Virus record (IMG/VR): IMGVR_UViG_3300025912_000012
Span: 71,080 to 135,079 of that record
Length of the DNA stretch: 64,000 nt
From: a virus
Lineage: Duplodnaviria; Caudoviricetes
Reading direction: 5' to 3' (one strand)
Positions 29,408 through 39,191 of this stretch are shown here, piece by piece (positions within the stretch are counted from its first letter, which is position 1; the number at the start of each line of letters is the position of its first letter). A program made the translations under genes and the position numbers. The notes under the pieces are model-generated. The model did not search any database. It was not told the DNA's origin and saw only the letters and a program-made list of their open reading frames with translations.

Positions 29408-29847
29408 TCCGCTAGCATAGCAGAAATCCTAGCGAGAACAGCGGGGGTTCCAGCCTCGATCATGTCAAGCGCATGAGCAAAATCAGCAGGTCCCCCGAAG
29501 AAAGGATCAGGGATTTCCTCATCGCAGAACAGGTGCACCCTGTCATCCCCGCCAAGCTCCCGGAGATCTGCAAGGTTCTTCTTGTCCATGGCGAAAAGCA
29601 GGTCCCGTTCGGTGAGCCACGAAGACTGGAACTGCCTAGCTATATGCCCTGACCCGTCGTAACCTCGATCAGCCAGTGCTTTCTGGGATTCGATGTGCAT
29701 CGGGAGACCAGCATGTCCCGTGTTAGTACCCGCGCTGTCCACGATGACATCCCTGATACCGGCACGAGCCAGCTCAGCACGCAATACGATTTCAGCCAGC
29801 GGGGAGCGGCAGATGTTACCCAGGCAGACGAAACAGACGCGGATCAT
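29404..29847 (-). CDS. low molecular weight protein-tyrosine phosphatase
   Basis: VCLGNICRSP; DSAGT; IPDPF. Confidence 0.93.
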   Translation of the reverse strand: MIRVCFVCLGNICRSPLAEIVLRAELARAGIRDVIVDSAGTNTGHAGLPMHIESQKALADRGYDGSGHIARQFQSSWLTERDLLFAMDKKNLADLRELGGDDRVHLFCDEEIPDPFFGGPADFAHALDMIEAGTPAVLARISAMLAE

Positions 29848-30413
29848 ATCCTCACCCACCACAGCGCAGACTCGTCGTTGGCATCGAAACACCGGGCGAC
29901 ACCCTCGGAAACCGGGGGATATTGATAGTCATCTCCGCAGAAAATAGCGCCCTCGACCGCGAACGGGAGAAATGCCCTGATATTATCCGCAACCTCATCA
30001 GCGGTGTGCATCGCGTCAATATGAAGAAACCTGACAGGTCTCGTCCACTGTGCCGCGAACTCCCGCCATCCCATCTTCCAGATCTGAACGTTACCCTGGG
30101 TGCCTTCCCTGACGTTCTCCTGGAATATCCCGTGATTGTCCCTGGAGATGATTTCCTGTGTCAGCCCGATCGCGGAGAGACTCCCTGCGTGGTCATGAGG
30201 ATCGTATCTCTCATCTCCGTTGAGCACCTGCTGCCAGTCCCAGTGATCAACTGCGTGCAAGACTTTCGGGTAAACAGCGTTCGCGATGGGGATCGCGGAG
30301 AGACCCTGATGCACCCCTATCTCAATAACCTCCCCAGGGAGGTCATTCGTGGATGCCGCCAGTTCCGCAGTCCTGCTGAGCTGACCTTCGCTGATCCAGT
30401 GCTCGTCAAACAA
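29844..30413 (-). CDS. class I SAM methyltransferase (Methyltransf_24-like)
   Basis: EIGVHQG; LHIDAMH; GDDY. Confidence 0.85.
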   Translation of the reverse strand: MFDEHWISEGQLSRTAELAASTNDLPGEVIEIGVHQGLSAIPIANAVYPKVLHAVDHWDWQQVLNGDERYDPHDHAGSLSAIGLTQEIISRDNHGIFQENVREGTQGNVQIWKMGWREFAAQWTRPVRFLHIDAMHTADEVADNIRAFLPFAVEGAIFCGDDYQYPPVSEGVARCFDANDESALWWVRI

Positions 30414-31443
30414 GGAAACTCCTGACCGCATCAATGACCTGCCCGAGATCATCGTCAGTCATATCGGGATACAGGGGGAACGTGACCAGGGTTTTCCATA
30501 CCCTGTCCGTGACGGGGAGTTTCTTGTGTTCCCCGAAAATCCTGTGCAGGTTGAGTGGCTTGTAGTGCACTCCTGCTGATACCCCGCGAGAATACATGTG
30601 AGTGATCAGGCTGTCCCTGTGCTGCGTTCTCGCCACGAACATGTGCCAGGAGGAGTTCTCATCCCACTCGGGGAGTCTCAGCCAGTCCAGGTCGCTGAAT
30701 TCTTTCATATAGGTCAGCACGATCTTCCTGCGCAGCTCGTTCATCTCGTCCAGCCGCTGGAGCTGAGCCAGGGCAATAGCTGCGGTGATATCGTTCATGT
30801 CCGCTTTCCAGCCAGGGTCGGGAATGCTGTAATCCCAGCCTTTGCGGTCAATCCCGAACCTGCGGAGTCTCCGTAGTCTCGCGGCAAGTTCCCCGTCAGG
30901 AGTGGTGATCATCCCGCCATCCCCGGAGGCGAGGTTTTTCACTGCATTGAACGACCAGCAGGCGACATCCCCGATCTGCCCTGCAAGCATATTGCCAGCA
31001 GCATGAGCGCAATCTTCGATAATCCACCCGGAGGGGAAAGAACGAGGGGAGTTCACGGTCCCCCCGTACCATACCGGGATGATCGCGGCAGTCCGCTGGG
31101 TTTCCTTGCTTTTCACGTCATCCCAGTCGATGCACAAGGTATTCTCATCGATGTCCGCGAGAACGACCCTACCCCCGCTGTGCAGCACTGAGAGTCCCGT
31201 AGCGGCGAATGTCAGCGCGGGCATGATAACTTCCCCGTCGCGTACCCCGAGAGTCTCCAGAGCGAGCTGGAGGGCTGCAGTGCAGTTGCTCACGGCAACT
31301 GCATGCCGGGAACCGGTGTATTTCGCGAACTGTTCTTCCAGTTCCTCAACAACAGGACCCATCGACCAGAATCCGCTGCGGAGAACCCTGGTGACATTCT
31401 GAATCTCAAGGTCAGAGCAGCTGGGCTTGAAAAGCGGGATCAC
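30406..31443 (-). CDS. DegT/DnrJ/EryC1/StrS sugar aminotransferase
   Basis: EDCAHA; SFNAVKNL..GDGG. Confidence 0.95.
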   Translation of the reverse strand: MIPLFKPSCSDLEIQNVTRVLRSGFWSMGPVVEELEEQFAKYTGSRHAVAVSNCTAALQLALETLGVRDGEVIMPALTFAATGLSVLHSGGRVVLADIDENTLCIDWDDVKSKETQRTAAIIPVWYGGTVNSPRSFPSGWIIEDCAHAAGNMLAGQIGDVACWSFNAVKNLASGDGGMITTPDGELAARLRRLRRFGIDRKGWDYSIPDPGWKADMNDITAAIALAQLQRLDEMNELRRKIVLTYMKEFSDLDWLRLPEWDENSSWHMFVARTQHRDSLITHMYSRGVSAGVHYKPLNLHRIFGEHKKLPVTDRVWKTLVTFPLYPDMTDDDLGQVIDAVRSFLV

Positions 31444-32105
31444 CGGATCGCACCCGACTCGTATTCGTGCTCGACTTCGCGGATAACTTTCGCAGGATTA
31501 CCCGCGACCACCGTGTATTCGGGAACGTCTTTCGTGACCACCGAGCCAGCCCCGATAATCGACCATCTCCCCAGGGTGAGGTTCGGGAGGATCGTCGCGT
31601 TCGTCCCGACGTAAACTCCGTCCTCGATGTCCACGCATCCTGAGATGGAGACGGCATGCGCGATGAAACATGAGTCCCCGACCCAGCTCTCGTGAGAGAC
31701 GAGGGCAGCCATATGGATACTTGTATTGTCACCAATAGCTGCTGACTGCTGGATATGCACGCCTTCCTGGACATACAACCCGACCCCGAGCTGCACGCCT
31801 TCCAGGTCAACCCCCGGGTCGATCAGGTTCGCGAACCGGCAGCCTTTATCCGCGAGCACCCGCGATGTCTTGTAGCGACTCGCGCAGTTACCGCTGACCA
31901 GGTTGACGAACGACACATCGAACAAATCGAGAACTGTGAGGACATCAATCCCCGTTACCGGATATCCCGCGAACATCGTTCCCCGTTTGGCAGGATCGTC
32001 ATCGATGAACCCGAGGATCTCCAGGTTCGGGTCAGCTGCCGTAACCCTGCGGAGCAGCCGCTCCACGTGAGGGTTGGATGCGCCATAGAGAGCTATCCGC
32101 GTCAT
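31440..32105 (-). CDS. PglD/NeuD/VioB-type sugar acetyltransferase
   Basis: N-terminal Rossmann-like GFIDD; hexapeptide repeats; VVAGNPAK. Confidence 0.92.
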   Translation of the reverse strand: MTRIALYGASNPHVERLLRRVTAADPNLEILGFIDDDPAKRGTMFAGYPVTGIDVLTVLDLFDVSFVNLVSGNCASRYKTSRVLADKGCRFANLIDPGVDLEGVQLGVGLYVQEGVHIQQSAAIGDNTSIHMAALVSHESWVGDSCFIAHAVSISGCVDIEDGVYVGTNATILPNLTLGRWSIIGAGSVVTKDVPEYTVVAGNPAKVIREVEHEYESGAIR

Positions 32106-32677
32106 GGGGTTATCTTAGCAGGAACCTTATGGACGATCGCGAGTCCGTAGCGGAACAGGACTGAATCGCACTCCCCGTCCCGGGTTTTCAGCAGCTCCAG
32201 CAGGGATGTCATCGTGCTGATCATCTCTGGTTCGTACTGGGTGGGGACCAGTCCGTGGAACCCTACGTACCAGTCTTCGATAACGTAGTAACCACCGGGG
32301 GCAACCTGGGGCCACAGGATTTCGAAGGTTCTCTTCGAGAGTGTCCCGTTATGGCTGGCATCTTCAACGATCAGGTCGAAGGGACCGAGTTCAGCAAGTG
32401 AAAGGTCATCCTGGTTCTTGACAACTTTCACTGTTCCCTGTGGCCATATAGCCGCCTGGTTGCAATCCACCCCGGTGATTGTTCCCAGCGGGAAAAGCCC
32501 CTGCCACATCCGCAGGGATTCCCCCTCGTAAACCCCTACTTCACAGACGTTCCCGAAAGGACCGATATCTGCGGCAATCTTCAGGTACTCCCGGAAGTAT
32601 CCGTGCGGTTCGATCTTATCTGTCTCGATATAGCTGGGCACCTGTATTCCTGCGGAATACGGATACAAGTAAGCCAT
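32102..32677 (-). CDS. sugar O-methyltransferase-like (MycE-like)
   Basis: TDK..HGY; EVGV..GESLRMW; EDASH; PGGYYVIED. Confidence 0.8.
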   Translation of the reverse strand: MAYLYPYSAGIQVPSYIETDKIEPHGYFREYLKIAADIGPFGNVCEVGVYEGESLRMWQGLFPLGTITGVDCNQAAIWPQGTVKVVKNQDDLSLAELGPFDLIVEDASHNGTLSKRTFEILWPQVAPGGYYVIEDWYVGFHGLVPTQYEPEMISTMTSLLELLKTRDGECDSVLFRYGLAIVHKVPAKITP

Positions 32678-32735
32678 CTGCGATTACCTTCCTGAGTTCA
32701 CCGGGGGCATTGCGCCCCCGGTGAACTACAGGATA

Positions 32736-33257
32736 CTAGAGAACGCCGCCGCGAACGGAAATCTGCCCGAAAGTGGGGGCAACCGCGTAAATCAGGTCCG
32801 TTGTCCCGTGCGCATACAGTGCAGGGGTGGACGTGGAAACCGTGGTTGTCCCGACCGAGGTGGCAACATTGAGAACCTCCAGGTTGGAGGTCCACTGAGT
32901 GTTCGCGATAATGAACTGCGTCCCCGGGGGGAGTGCCGTGACCGCACCAGCAGAGAAAATCTGAGTGGTGCTGCCCGCAGTGGAGGCACTGCTCACCGTC
33001 CCGAGCAATGTACCCTGGCTGATCGCAGAAATCGCGTACAGCGGGGTGAGCACATTAGTCAGGAACACCGGCTTCGTCCTCGGGGGGATGGGGAGTCCGC
33101 TGGTGGTGGTGACGTTTGCCTGCCCCACGTAAACAGTGTTATTCCCGTTGTTGTGCAATTCAACCGTGTTCGGGGCACTCGTTGACGGGGTGAACAGCCA
33201 CGTCGGGGTGTAAGACAGGTTTACCCAGTTCGGGGAGCCTGGAGGAAGGTTAGCCAT
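32736..33257 (-). CDS. head decoration-like protein with inserted domain
   Basis: HNNGNNTVYVG..VTTTSG; downstream of capsid. Confidence 0.6.
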   Translation of the reverse strand: MANLPPGSPNWVNLSYTPTWLFTPSTSAPNTVELHNNGNNTVYVGQANVTTTSGLPIPPRTKPVFLTNVLTPLYAISAISQGTLLGTVSSASTAGSTTQIFSAGAVTALPPGTQFIIANTQWTSNLEVLNVATSVGTTTVSTSTPALYAHGTTDLIYAVAPTFGQISVRGGVL

Positions 33258-33294
33258 GATGTCTCCTTAAAGAGAAAGTTTCCTCTTATTTAAT

Positions 33295-33615
33295 TTAGAT
33301 AACGGAGACAACCGAGCCATACCCAATGGACACGTTCAGCCCGCCAGCAGGCGATGCGGCAGCAAACCCGTAAAGGATAGTGCTGTTCGGGACCTGGCAC
33401 TCGGTAAGTACTACAGAAGAGCCAGTCGGAAGCCCGAAGCTGGTGGTCGTAGCTGCACTGGTAACCCCGGTCCCGAGGGCGATGAAGCATGTGCTCGCAC
33501 CGCTATTGGTCACGACCAGATCACGCTGGTAGCCAGTTGTCGAAGTCGTGTAAAGCGCTGTTGACGTAGTAGCAGCAGCAGTAACGACTGTCTGGTAAGA
33601 GGTAGCGATAGCCAC
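33295..33615 (-). CDS. head decoration-like small beta protein
   Basis: Thr/Ser-rich; immediately after capsid. Confidence 0.6.
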   Translation of the reverse strand: MAIATSYQTVVTAAATTSTALYTTSTTGYQRDLVVTNSGASTCFIALGTGVTSAATTTSFGLPTGSSVVLTECQVPNSTILYGFAAASPAGGLNVSIGYGSVVSVI

Positions 33616-33736
33616 AAAACTCCTTTTTGTATCTGAAATGATGCGGCTAAGCTGCCGCTTTGCGGGTTAAAGAACGTAACCCAGAACCCGGAGGGGAGGG
33701 GTCATTGTAGTCCCGCCCCCTCCGGGAACCTGGAGA

Positions 33737-35650
33737 TTAACTGAAAGGCGTAATATCGCTGACCTGGAGTCCCTGGAGGATTCCGCTGTACATAGGAGCA
33801 TGCGCAACGAGAGTCCCGAGGAGGAAAATGGAGTAGCGGAAGGAAGCGTCAATGACAGGCCATGCGACACTAACGTAATCCTGCACGCAGGTCATTTCCC
33901 ACGCATTGTCAACGTGGCTCCACGTCTGCGGGAGCTGGTAGCTCATAAGCAGCGCGGTGCCCTGGCTCATCCACGGGTGGACAGTCAGCTTGACAGTGCT
34001 CCTGGTGACCGGGTTGACGAACTCTGCAACCGCAGCGCCAGCACGAATGCCGCCGATCTGCGACTGGTCGATGTTCAGCAGGTAGTTAAGAGCGCTACCC
34101 TGGTTGAGCATGTCATTTGCGAGCCTCATGAGGTCGCCACCATCAGCGACAATCTCAGAAGGATCAGCCTTGAACACGCCCGGGGTGACATTGTTCATGC
34201 CATTGTTTTCCCACAGGGCATCCAGTGCGGTGAAAATGACGTTAGTGCTCAGGTGAGTTCCGACGCTCTGGTTGACATATCCGCCCTTCCAGACGTTCCC
34301 GCCTCCGAACCCGACGTTAGAGTAGGGACCGCTACCGGTTGCGGAAAGCCCGGTGAGAGTGGGGATAAGCCCCTCCATCCGGTTTCCGGAACCCGTTCCG
34401 GTGTCTGTGGTCGGGAAAGAACCGTTAGCGGACGTGGGGTCAGCACCCTGGATAGTGAACCGGATACCACCGACAGCGTTCGCGGTCTGCGCACCGCTGG
34501 TGGTGACTCCTGCCTGCACGGTGGTTCCTGCCATCAGGAATACGGTGGCAGAGTTACCTGCGTAGTAAAGGTTGTACTGCTGGGCTCCGGTAACTGGCGC
34601 AATGGTTACGTCAATAACCTGACCAGCGGAAGTGGTGACAGTCGCGGCAGTGCTAGCGGCAGTCTCCCCGAAGTAGTTCAGCGCGGAGACCCTGACACGG
34701 GCAGTACCAGTGGTTCCGACAGCAGTCTCATTCGATCCTGCAGTACGGGCAACCAGAGTGGGGGCGCTGGGAGTAGCCAGAGGCTGGGAAGACCCAGCAA
34801 TCATCTGGTACTCTTCACCCAACATCATCTCCTGGAGAAGCACCAGGTTTGCCAGGGCAGAAATATCTTCGAATCCCTGACCTTCGAACTGAGCGAGCCA
34901 CGAGAGCGACTCAGTAAGCCCGAAGAAACGGTAAGGGACATTCAGCTTGAACTCAGTCTGCTTACCAGAACCCGGGAGGTTCATGGGCCACTGAGTGCTC
35001 GCCATCGTCCCGCCTGCCTGGACCAGCTCAGGAATGGAGATGTCAATAACGCCCTGACCCCCGGTCTGGGAGCCGCTGACCCCGAGCAGACCGTAGACCT
35101 GGCGGGAAGCACCCTGACCGGCAGGACGGGGGAACTTGTTGCGGAAAAGGGTATATACCGGGTAGATGAGCCTCGACGGTGCGAGCAGGTCAAAGGGGAC
35201 CAGCCCATAGGGAGCACCGTTAAGCCCCAGGTTTCCCGCAGTGAAAGACTTCCCGAGAGCAGCGTCCTGAGACTTGCGGACTTCCGCGTCATTGTTCAGC
35301 TGCATTCCCAGACCCTTGTACTGCTGGGGTGCCTGCCGCCACAGCTCAGGGTTAATCCGGGATACGGTGTCAGCGGAATTCCACCGACCGTCAAAAGCAG
35401 CAGCCCTGGTATCGAGAATCGCCTGATGCGACTTGGACAGGATCTGGGTGCTGTGGGCTCCCTCACTGAGGGGACGCCCGTCATTGGTAATGTGCCCGAC
35501 ACCCTTGACAAGGGACTTGGTAAGGGTAGTCATCGTACCCTCGTAGTCGGACCGGCGAGCTACGCGCTCACCGAAAGCGCTCGCACTGCCAGCAGAGGAC
35601 CCGCCCATTCCTGGGGCGGTAACCTCATCGGCTGTAAGAACGTCAGCCAT
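33737..35650 (-). CDS. major capsid protein with Thr/Ala-rich insertion
   Basis: SD GGAG before MADVLT; follows protease/scaffold; HPWMSQGT and LVAHAP C-terminal motifs. Confidence 0.8.
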   Translation of the reverse strand: MADVLTADEVTAPGMGGSSAGSASAFGERVARRSDYEGTMTTLTKSLVKGVGHITNDGRPLSEGAHSTQILSKSHQAILDTRAAAFDGRWNSADTVSRINPELWRQAPQQYKGLGMQLNNDAEVRKSQDAALGKSFTAGNLGLNGAPYGLVPFDLLAPSRLIYPVYTLFRNKFPRPAGQGASRQVYGLLGVSGSQTGGQGVIDISIPELVQAGGTMASTQWPMNLPGSGKQTEFKLNVPYRFFGLTESLSWLAQFEGQGFEDISALANLVLLQEMMLGEEYQMIAGSSQPLATPSAPTLVARTAGSNETAVGTTGTARVRVSALNYFGETAASTAATVTTSAGQVIDVTIAPVTGAQQYNLYYAGNSATVFLMAGTTVQAGVTTSGAQTANAVGGIRFTIQGADPTSANGSFPTTDTGTGSGNRMEGLIPTLTGLSATGSGPYSNVGFGGGNVWKGGYVNQSVGTHLSTNVIFTALDALWENNGMNNVTPGVFKADPSEIVADGGDLMRLANDMLNQGSALNYLLNIDQSQIGGIRAGAAVAEFVNPVTRSTVKLTVHPWMSQGTALLMSYQLPQTWSHVDNAWEMTCVQDYVSVAWPVIDASFRYSIFLLGTLVAHAPMYSGILQGLQVSDITPFS

Positions 35651-35683
35651 ACGAATTCTCCGATCTTGGAGCGAACTCAATAA

Positions 35684-38437
35684 TTACTCTGTAATCCCGC
35701 CGCGCTTGTCCAGCTCGTTACGGGCTGCTTCCCGCTCATGCGGGTTCTCACTCGTACGCCAGACGTGATGCAGCTGGCGGTTAATCATCTGCTGAGTGCG
35801 CTCCGCGATCTCAGCCTGCTTGGTAACAGCCACCGGCTGTACCGACTTCATGGCAAGACCTGCCCATGAAGTAGTCTTGGGGTCAGCAGCGTTAGCGGCA
35901 GCCTCCCAGCGGGCTTCCTGCTCGCTGATAGTTGCCTGCTGCTTGTTGATCTGCTCAACCAGCGGAGCAATAGCATCCGCGATGGCAGACTTGATAATGT
36001 CCTCAGAGGAAACCTCGGGGGCGCTCTTGGTAATCTCGGGAGTCTCCGCAGCCTTCTCGACAGGAGCCACGACGGGAGCCTCAGTCTCGAACCCGAGCAT
36101 CTTAAGGGCTTCCTCGCGGGTGATGATCCCGCTCTCGAACTGCGTCTTGACAAGCTCAGCCTGCTGCAATTCGAGTGCCTTCTGGGTTACCCTGCGACCC
36201 AGCTTGGTGCGAGCCTCATCGACAGTCATCTTGCCTGCGAGCACCTTCTTGCCCAGCTTCTTCTTCATCCCCTTCTCAGCGAGAGCAAGGAACTCAGCAG
36301 AAACCTCGGGGGTCTCGACAGTCTTGGAGAGAGCCGCGTCAGTCTCAGCGACCTCAACCTGCTTGCCCAGACCAGCCGCAGGCGGAATGGGGCGAGACTC
36401 GGGCTGCGTCACATTCTGCGTCATCGGGCACAGCGGGGGGAACATCCGCGAAACGTTATCGTGGATCAGGGAGAGCGCCTGGCGTGCCTTCTCCTTTTCC
36501 ACGTGCGCGTAATCGATCCGCGTGGGAACTCCCTGTGCGTCTGGGTACTCAGCTCCGCCCTTCATGTGAGAGGGGCTTGGAGACTGATGTCCCGACGCCA
36601 GCGGGGGACGGTCAAACGAATGCGCGTTGGGGGAGCCGCTGGCAACATCCGGGGAGGAGTTAGGTCCGTCATACCCCGGGGAGTTAGCGGCGTGCCCTGC
36701 GGTGATCACCGGGCGGTTATACCCGTTCGGGGTAACCGAACCAGGGGAAGGATAGCTGGTGGGACCAGGGTTAGCATCCCTGAACGCCTTGTGCAGTTCC
36801 AGCCGGTAGTCGTTCAGCTCAGCAGCATCAGCGGACTTAAGGGTCTGCGCCGCGCTCCATGCCTTCGTCAGCTCCAGTGCGGTCTCGATAGGACCGCAAG
36901 CCGCGTCAACAGCCTTGCGCTGCCACACGTCCAGGTCAATCACCGAGGACAGATCCGCGTACGGGTGATACTTGCTAACCTCGTCCGGGTGATATGCGGG
37001 GCAGGTCAGGTCGTGCAGCTTACCCAGGTCCGTGTCAACCCCGACAGACTTGAACCGCATGAGTGCTGCGGTCTCAGGGGAACCCCCGACAGTCTTAAGG
37101 TCAGCAGTACGGATACCACTCGGGGCGGGGGTTTCCAGCGCCGGTCCGGTGTTGGGGATCTCATTCATAGCCTGAGCATCACTGGCACCGCTGGCAGACT
37201 GGGGAGTCCCGGAGCACTTCTCGGAGTGAACGTGATCCATCTTGCAGGAATCATCGTCATCCCCGGAGGGCTTCTTGTCATCGTCGCCATTCAGCCACGG
37301 GGGCATCTTCTTGCCCTTGGGCTTCTTAGCCTTCTCCTCACCGACAGAATCGGTAACGGCGTCATCGTCCCCGTCTTTCAGCATGGCAGCGTCAAGATCC
37401 TTGTCCGCACCCATGCCCATGCCCGTCATGTCATCCTTGAGGACTTCCGGAGCAGCAGTCTCTTCGACCACACTTGTGATTCCTTTCTCCGAGTCCTCGG
37501 AGTCATTAAGTGGATTGGGCACATGAAGCCTTTCTGCTTCGCTTGCGATAAGGCGACGTGCGCCCGCAACGTTACCGTGACCGGTTCTTGCCAGATGTGC
37601 GGCATTATGCAGGTCCCCGGCATTCTCAATGGGATACGAGCCATCCGGGAGAGCATGCCCCTCGGATGCAAGCCGCCTTCTGGTAGCGGTGTTGATGTCA
37701 CGCTTATATACTGCCTCTTCGGCCTCGTACAGGGCTTTCAGGGCAAGCTCGTCGTAATGCTGGTCGATGATCTTCGACTTGAGGATTTTAGCGAGATCAT
37801 TCGGGGTGAACGTGAGGCTCATGTCGTCCGCGAAAGGAACCTGGGCACTTTCGTCTTTCGTTACCAGGTCTTCCCCGGAGAACTTGGCGATGATCTCGTC
37901 ATCCGCGTGCATCTCCTGGACGTATTCGCAGGAGTCGCCAGCGGACTTAGCGATATCCAGGTACGAGGACTTATTGCTGGGACGGTCAACCACGGATACT
38001 TCCGCGAAATCCCCGCCGCAGATGCGCCCGTTGCGGACCCGAGGGTCATGCTTGATAACCGGACGGGAAATCCCCACGGAGTAAGCCTGGAGGACGCCCT
38101 TCTTGATCAGCTTCTGCGCCAGCGGATCAACGATGACGGCGGTCAGCCAGTGCTTATCCGTGCCATCCTTGTTGATCTCGACTTTGAGACCTTTCCCGAT
38201 GGGGCGGTGAGCATCGTGGGACATCCGGACATTACCACCGGTTGCGAGCCAGTCCCCGAGGGCTTTTGCGGACCAAACCGGATCTACGATCTGGTCGTCC
38301 GAGTCTACGGTGCCATCGGTCGCGATCCCCTTGATAATCAGGTCCCCGTCATCATCCTGCTCCCACTTGAGAATGGGGATGGAGATGTGCACAAGATCCT
38401 GTGCAGTCTCCGCAGGGGCAGCTAGCGTAGTAGCCAT
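35684..38437 (-). CDS. prohead protease-scaffold fusion
   Basis: VDSDDQ; RMSH; AYSVG; EVSVVDRPSN; long charged scaffold tail. Confidence 0.85.
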   Translation of the reverse strand: MATTLAAPAETAQDLVHISIPILKWEQDDDGDLIIKGIATDGTVDSDDQIVDPVWSAKALGDWLATGGNVRMSHDAHRPIGKGLKVEINKDGTDKHWLTAVIVDPLAQKLIKKGVLQAYSVGISRPVIKHDPRVRNGRICGGDFAEVSVVDRPSNKSSYLDIAKSAGDSCEYVQEMHADDEIIAKFSGEDLVTKDESAQVPFADDMSLTFTPNDLAKILKSKIIDQHYDELALKALYEAEEAVYKRDINTATRRRLASEGHALPDGSYPIENAGDLHNAAHLARTGHGNVAGARRLIASEAERLHVPNPLNDSEDSEKGITSVVEETAAPEVLKDDMTGMGMGADKDLDAAMLKDGDDDAVTDSVGEEKAKKPKGKKMPPWLNGDDDKKPSGDDDDSCKMDHVHSEKCSGTPQSASGASDAQAMNEIPNTGPALETPAPSGIRTADLKTVGGSPETAALMRFKSVGVDTDLGKLHDLTCPAYHPDEVSKYHPYADLSSVIDLDVWQRKAVDAACGPIETALELTKAWSAAQTLKSADAAELNDYRLELHKAFRDANPGPTSYPSPGSVTPNGYNRPVITAGHAANSPGYDGPNSSPDVASGSPNAHSFDRPPLASGHQSPSPSHMKGGAEYPDAQGVPTRIDYAHVEKEKARQALSLIHDNVSRMFPPLCPMTQNVTQPESRPIPPAAGLGKQVEVAETDAALSKTVETPEVSAEFLALAEKGMKKKLGKKVLAGKMTVDEARTKLGRRVTQKALELQQAELVKTQFESGIITREEALKMLGFETEAPVVAPVEKAAETPEITKSAPEVSSEDIIKSAIADAIAPLVEQINKQQATISEQEARWEAAANAADPKTTSWAGLAMKSVQPVAVTKQAEIAERTQQMINRQLHHVWRTSENPHEREAARNELDKRGGITE

Positions 38438-38457
38438 ACATCTCCTTGTTCAGGCAT

Positions 38458-38482
38458 AAAAAAAGCCCGTACAAGGACGGGC
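38458..38482 (-). terminator. intrinsic terminator upstream of protease gene
   Basis: GCCCGT-loop-ACGGGC followed by T7. Confidence 0.65.
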
Positions 38483-38537
38483 AGAGGTTATGGTTCTCAG
38501 CTGGGATAACACAAAGGACCCCTGCTGGGATTATATA

Positions 38538-38720
38538 CTATTTAAAATGCCTTAGCAAGCGCACTTGCCACCTGTCTTTCACCGGGAGGATAAACCCGAT
38601 AGAGGTGACGATAATCCCGTGATGGAATTTTGGGTCAAGTCCAGCGCGCTCGCAGGCTTGCATGGCGCAGGCAAGGTCATGCAGCAGCAGTGCCTGTTTT
38701 CTTTTCTTTCTCTTACTCAT
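38538..38720 (-). CDS. small basic protein
   Basis: Coupled to the upstream ORF. Confidence 0.5.
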   Translation of the reverse strand: MSKRKKRKQALLLHDLACAMQACERAGLDPKFHHGIIVTSIGFILPVKDRWQVRLLRHFK

Positions 38721-39186
38721 GTGTTTCTTTCAGCTTCTCCCATTCAGCAAGGGCATTCCTGGAGGCTTCAATCACCTCGGGGTGTACGTTACCTTTTCCC
38801 GATGCCCATCTGCGGGTCGCATTGATAGCTGTTGCTATAGCCTGACCCTCTTCCATTCCGTTGCGGATCAGGGCATGAGCGATATTCTGTATGTACGCTG
38901 GAAGCTGCTGTCGTTCTGCAGTATGCCTGTCCGGGGTATTCCACAGCCCGTGAGTTCCCAGGGGATTATGGGTACTGGACAGGGCAGGAGTCTGCTCTGA
39001 CTTTTCCGTTACCGCTTCCCAGCGATTACAGACATCGTTAGCAAAAATGTTACCTTCAACGAGATCGCATCCTCCGCTGTTCATCCGGTGAGATTTCGGG
39101 TGAAACATGACGCAGTTTCCGCAGTGTTTTGAAGAATCAGCAGAGCGGTAGTTGACGCTTTCCTTGCTGACTTTCTCCACACTCAC
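38713..39186 (-). CDS. HiPIP-like domain + helical domain protein
   Basis: NYR..CGNCVMF..CDLVEG.I....VCNRW; then LPAYIQNIAHAL..AEWEKLK. Confidence 0.7.
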   Translation of the reverse strand: MSVEKVSKESVNYRSADSSKHCGNCVMFHPKSHRMNSGGCDLVEGNIFANDVCNRWEAVTEKSEQTPALSSTHNPLGTHGLWNTPDRHTAERQQLPAYIQNIAHALIRNGMEEGQAIATAINATRRWASGKGNVHPEVIEASRNALAEWEKLKETHE

Positions 39187-39191
39187 CTATG

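Noticed and set aside
33800-35683. 627-aa + strand ORF
   Set aside because: Antisense shadow of the capsid gene; no motifs.
36461-38425. 654-aa + strand ORF
   Set aside because: Antisense shadow of the protease/scaffold gene.
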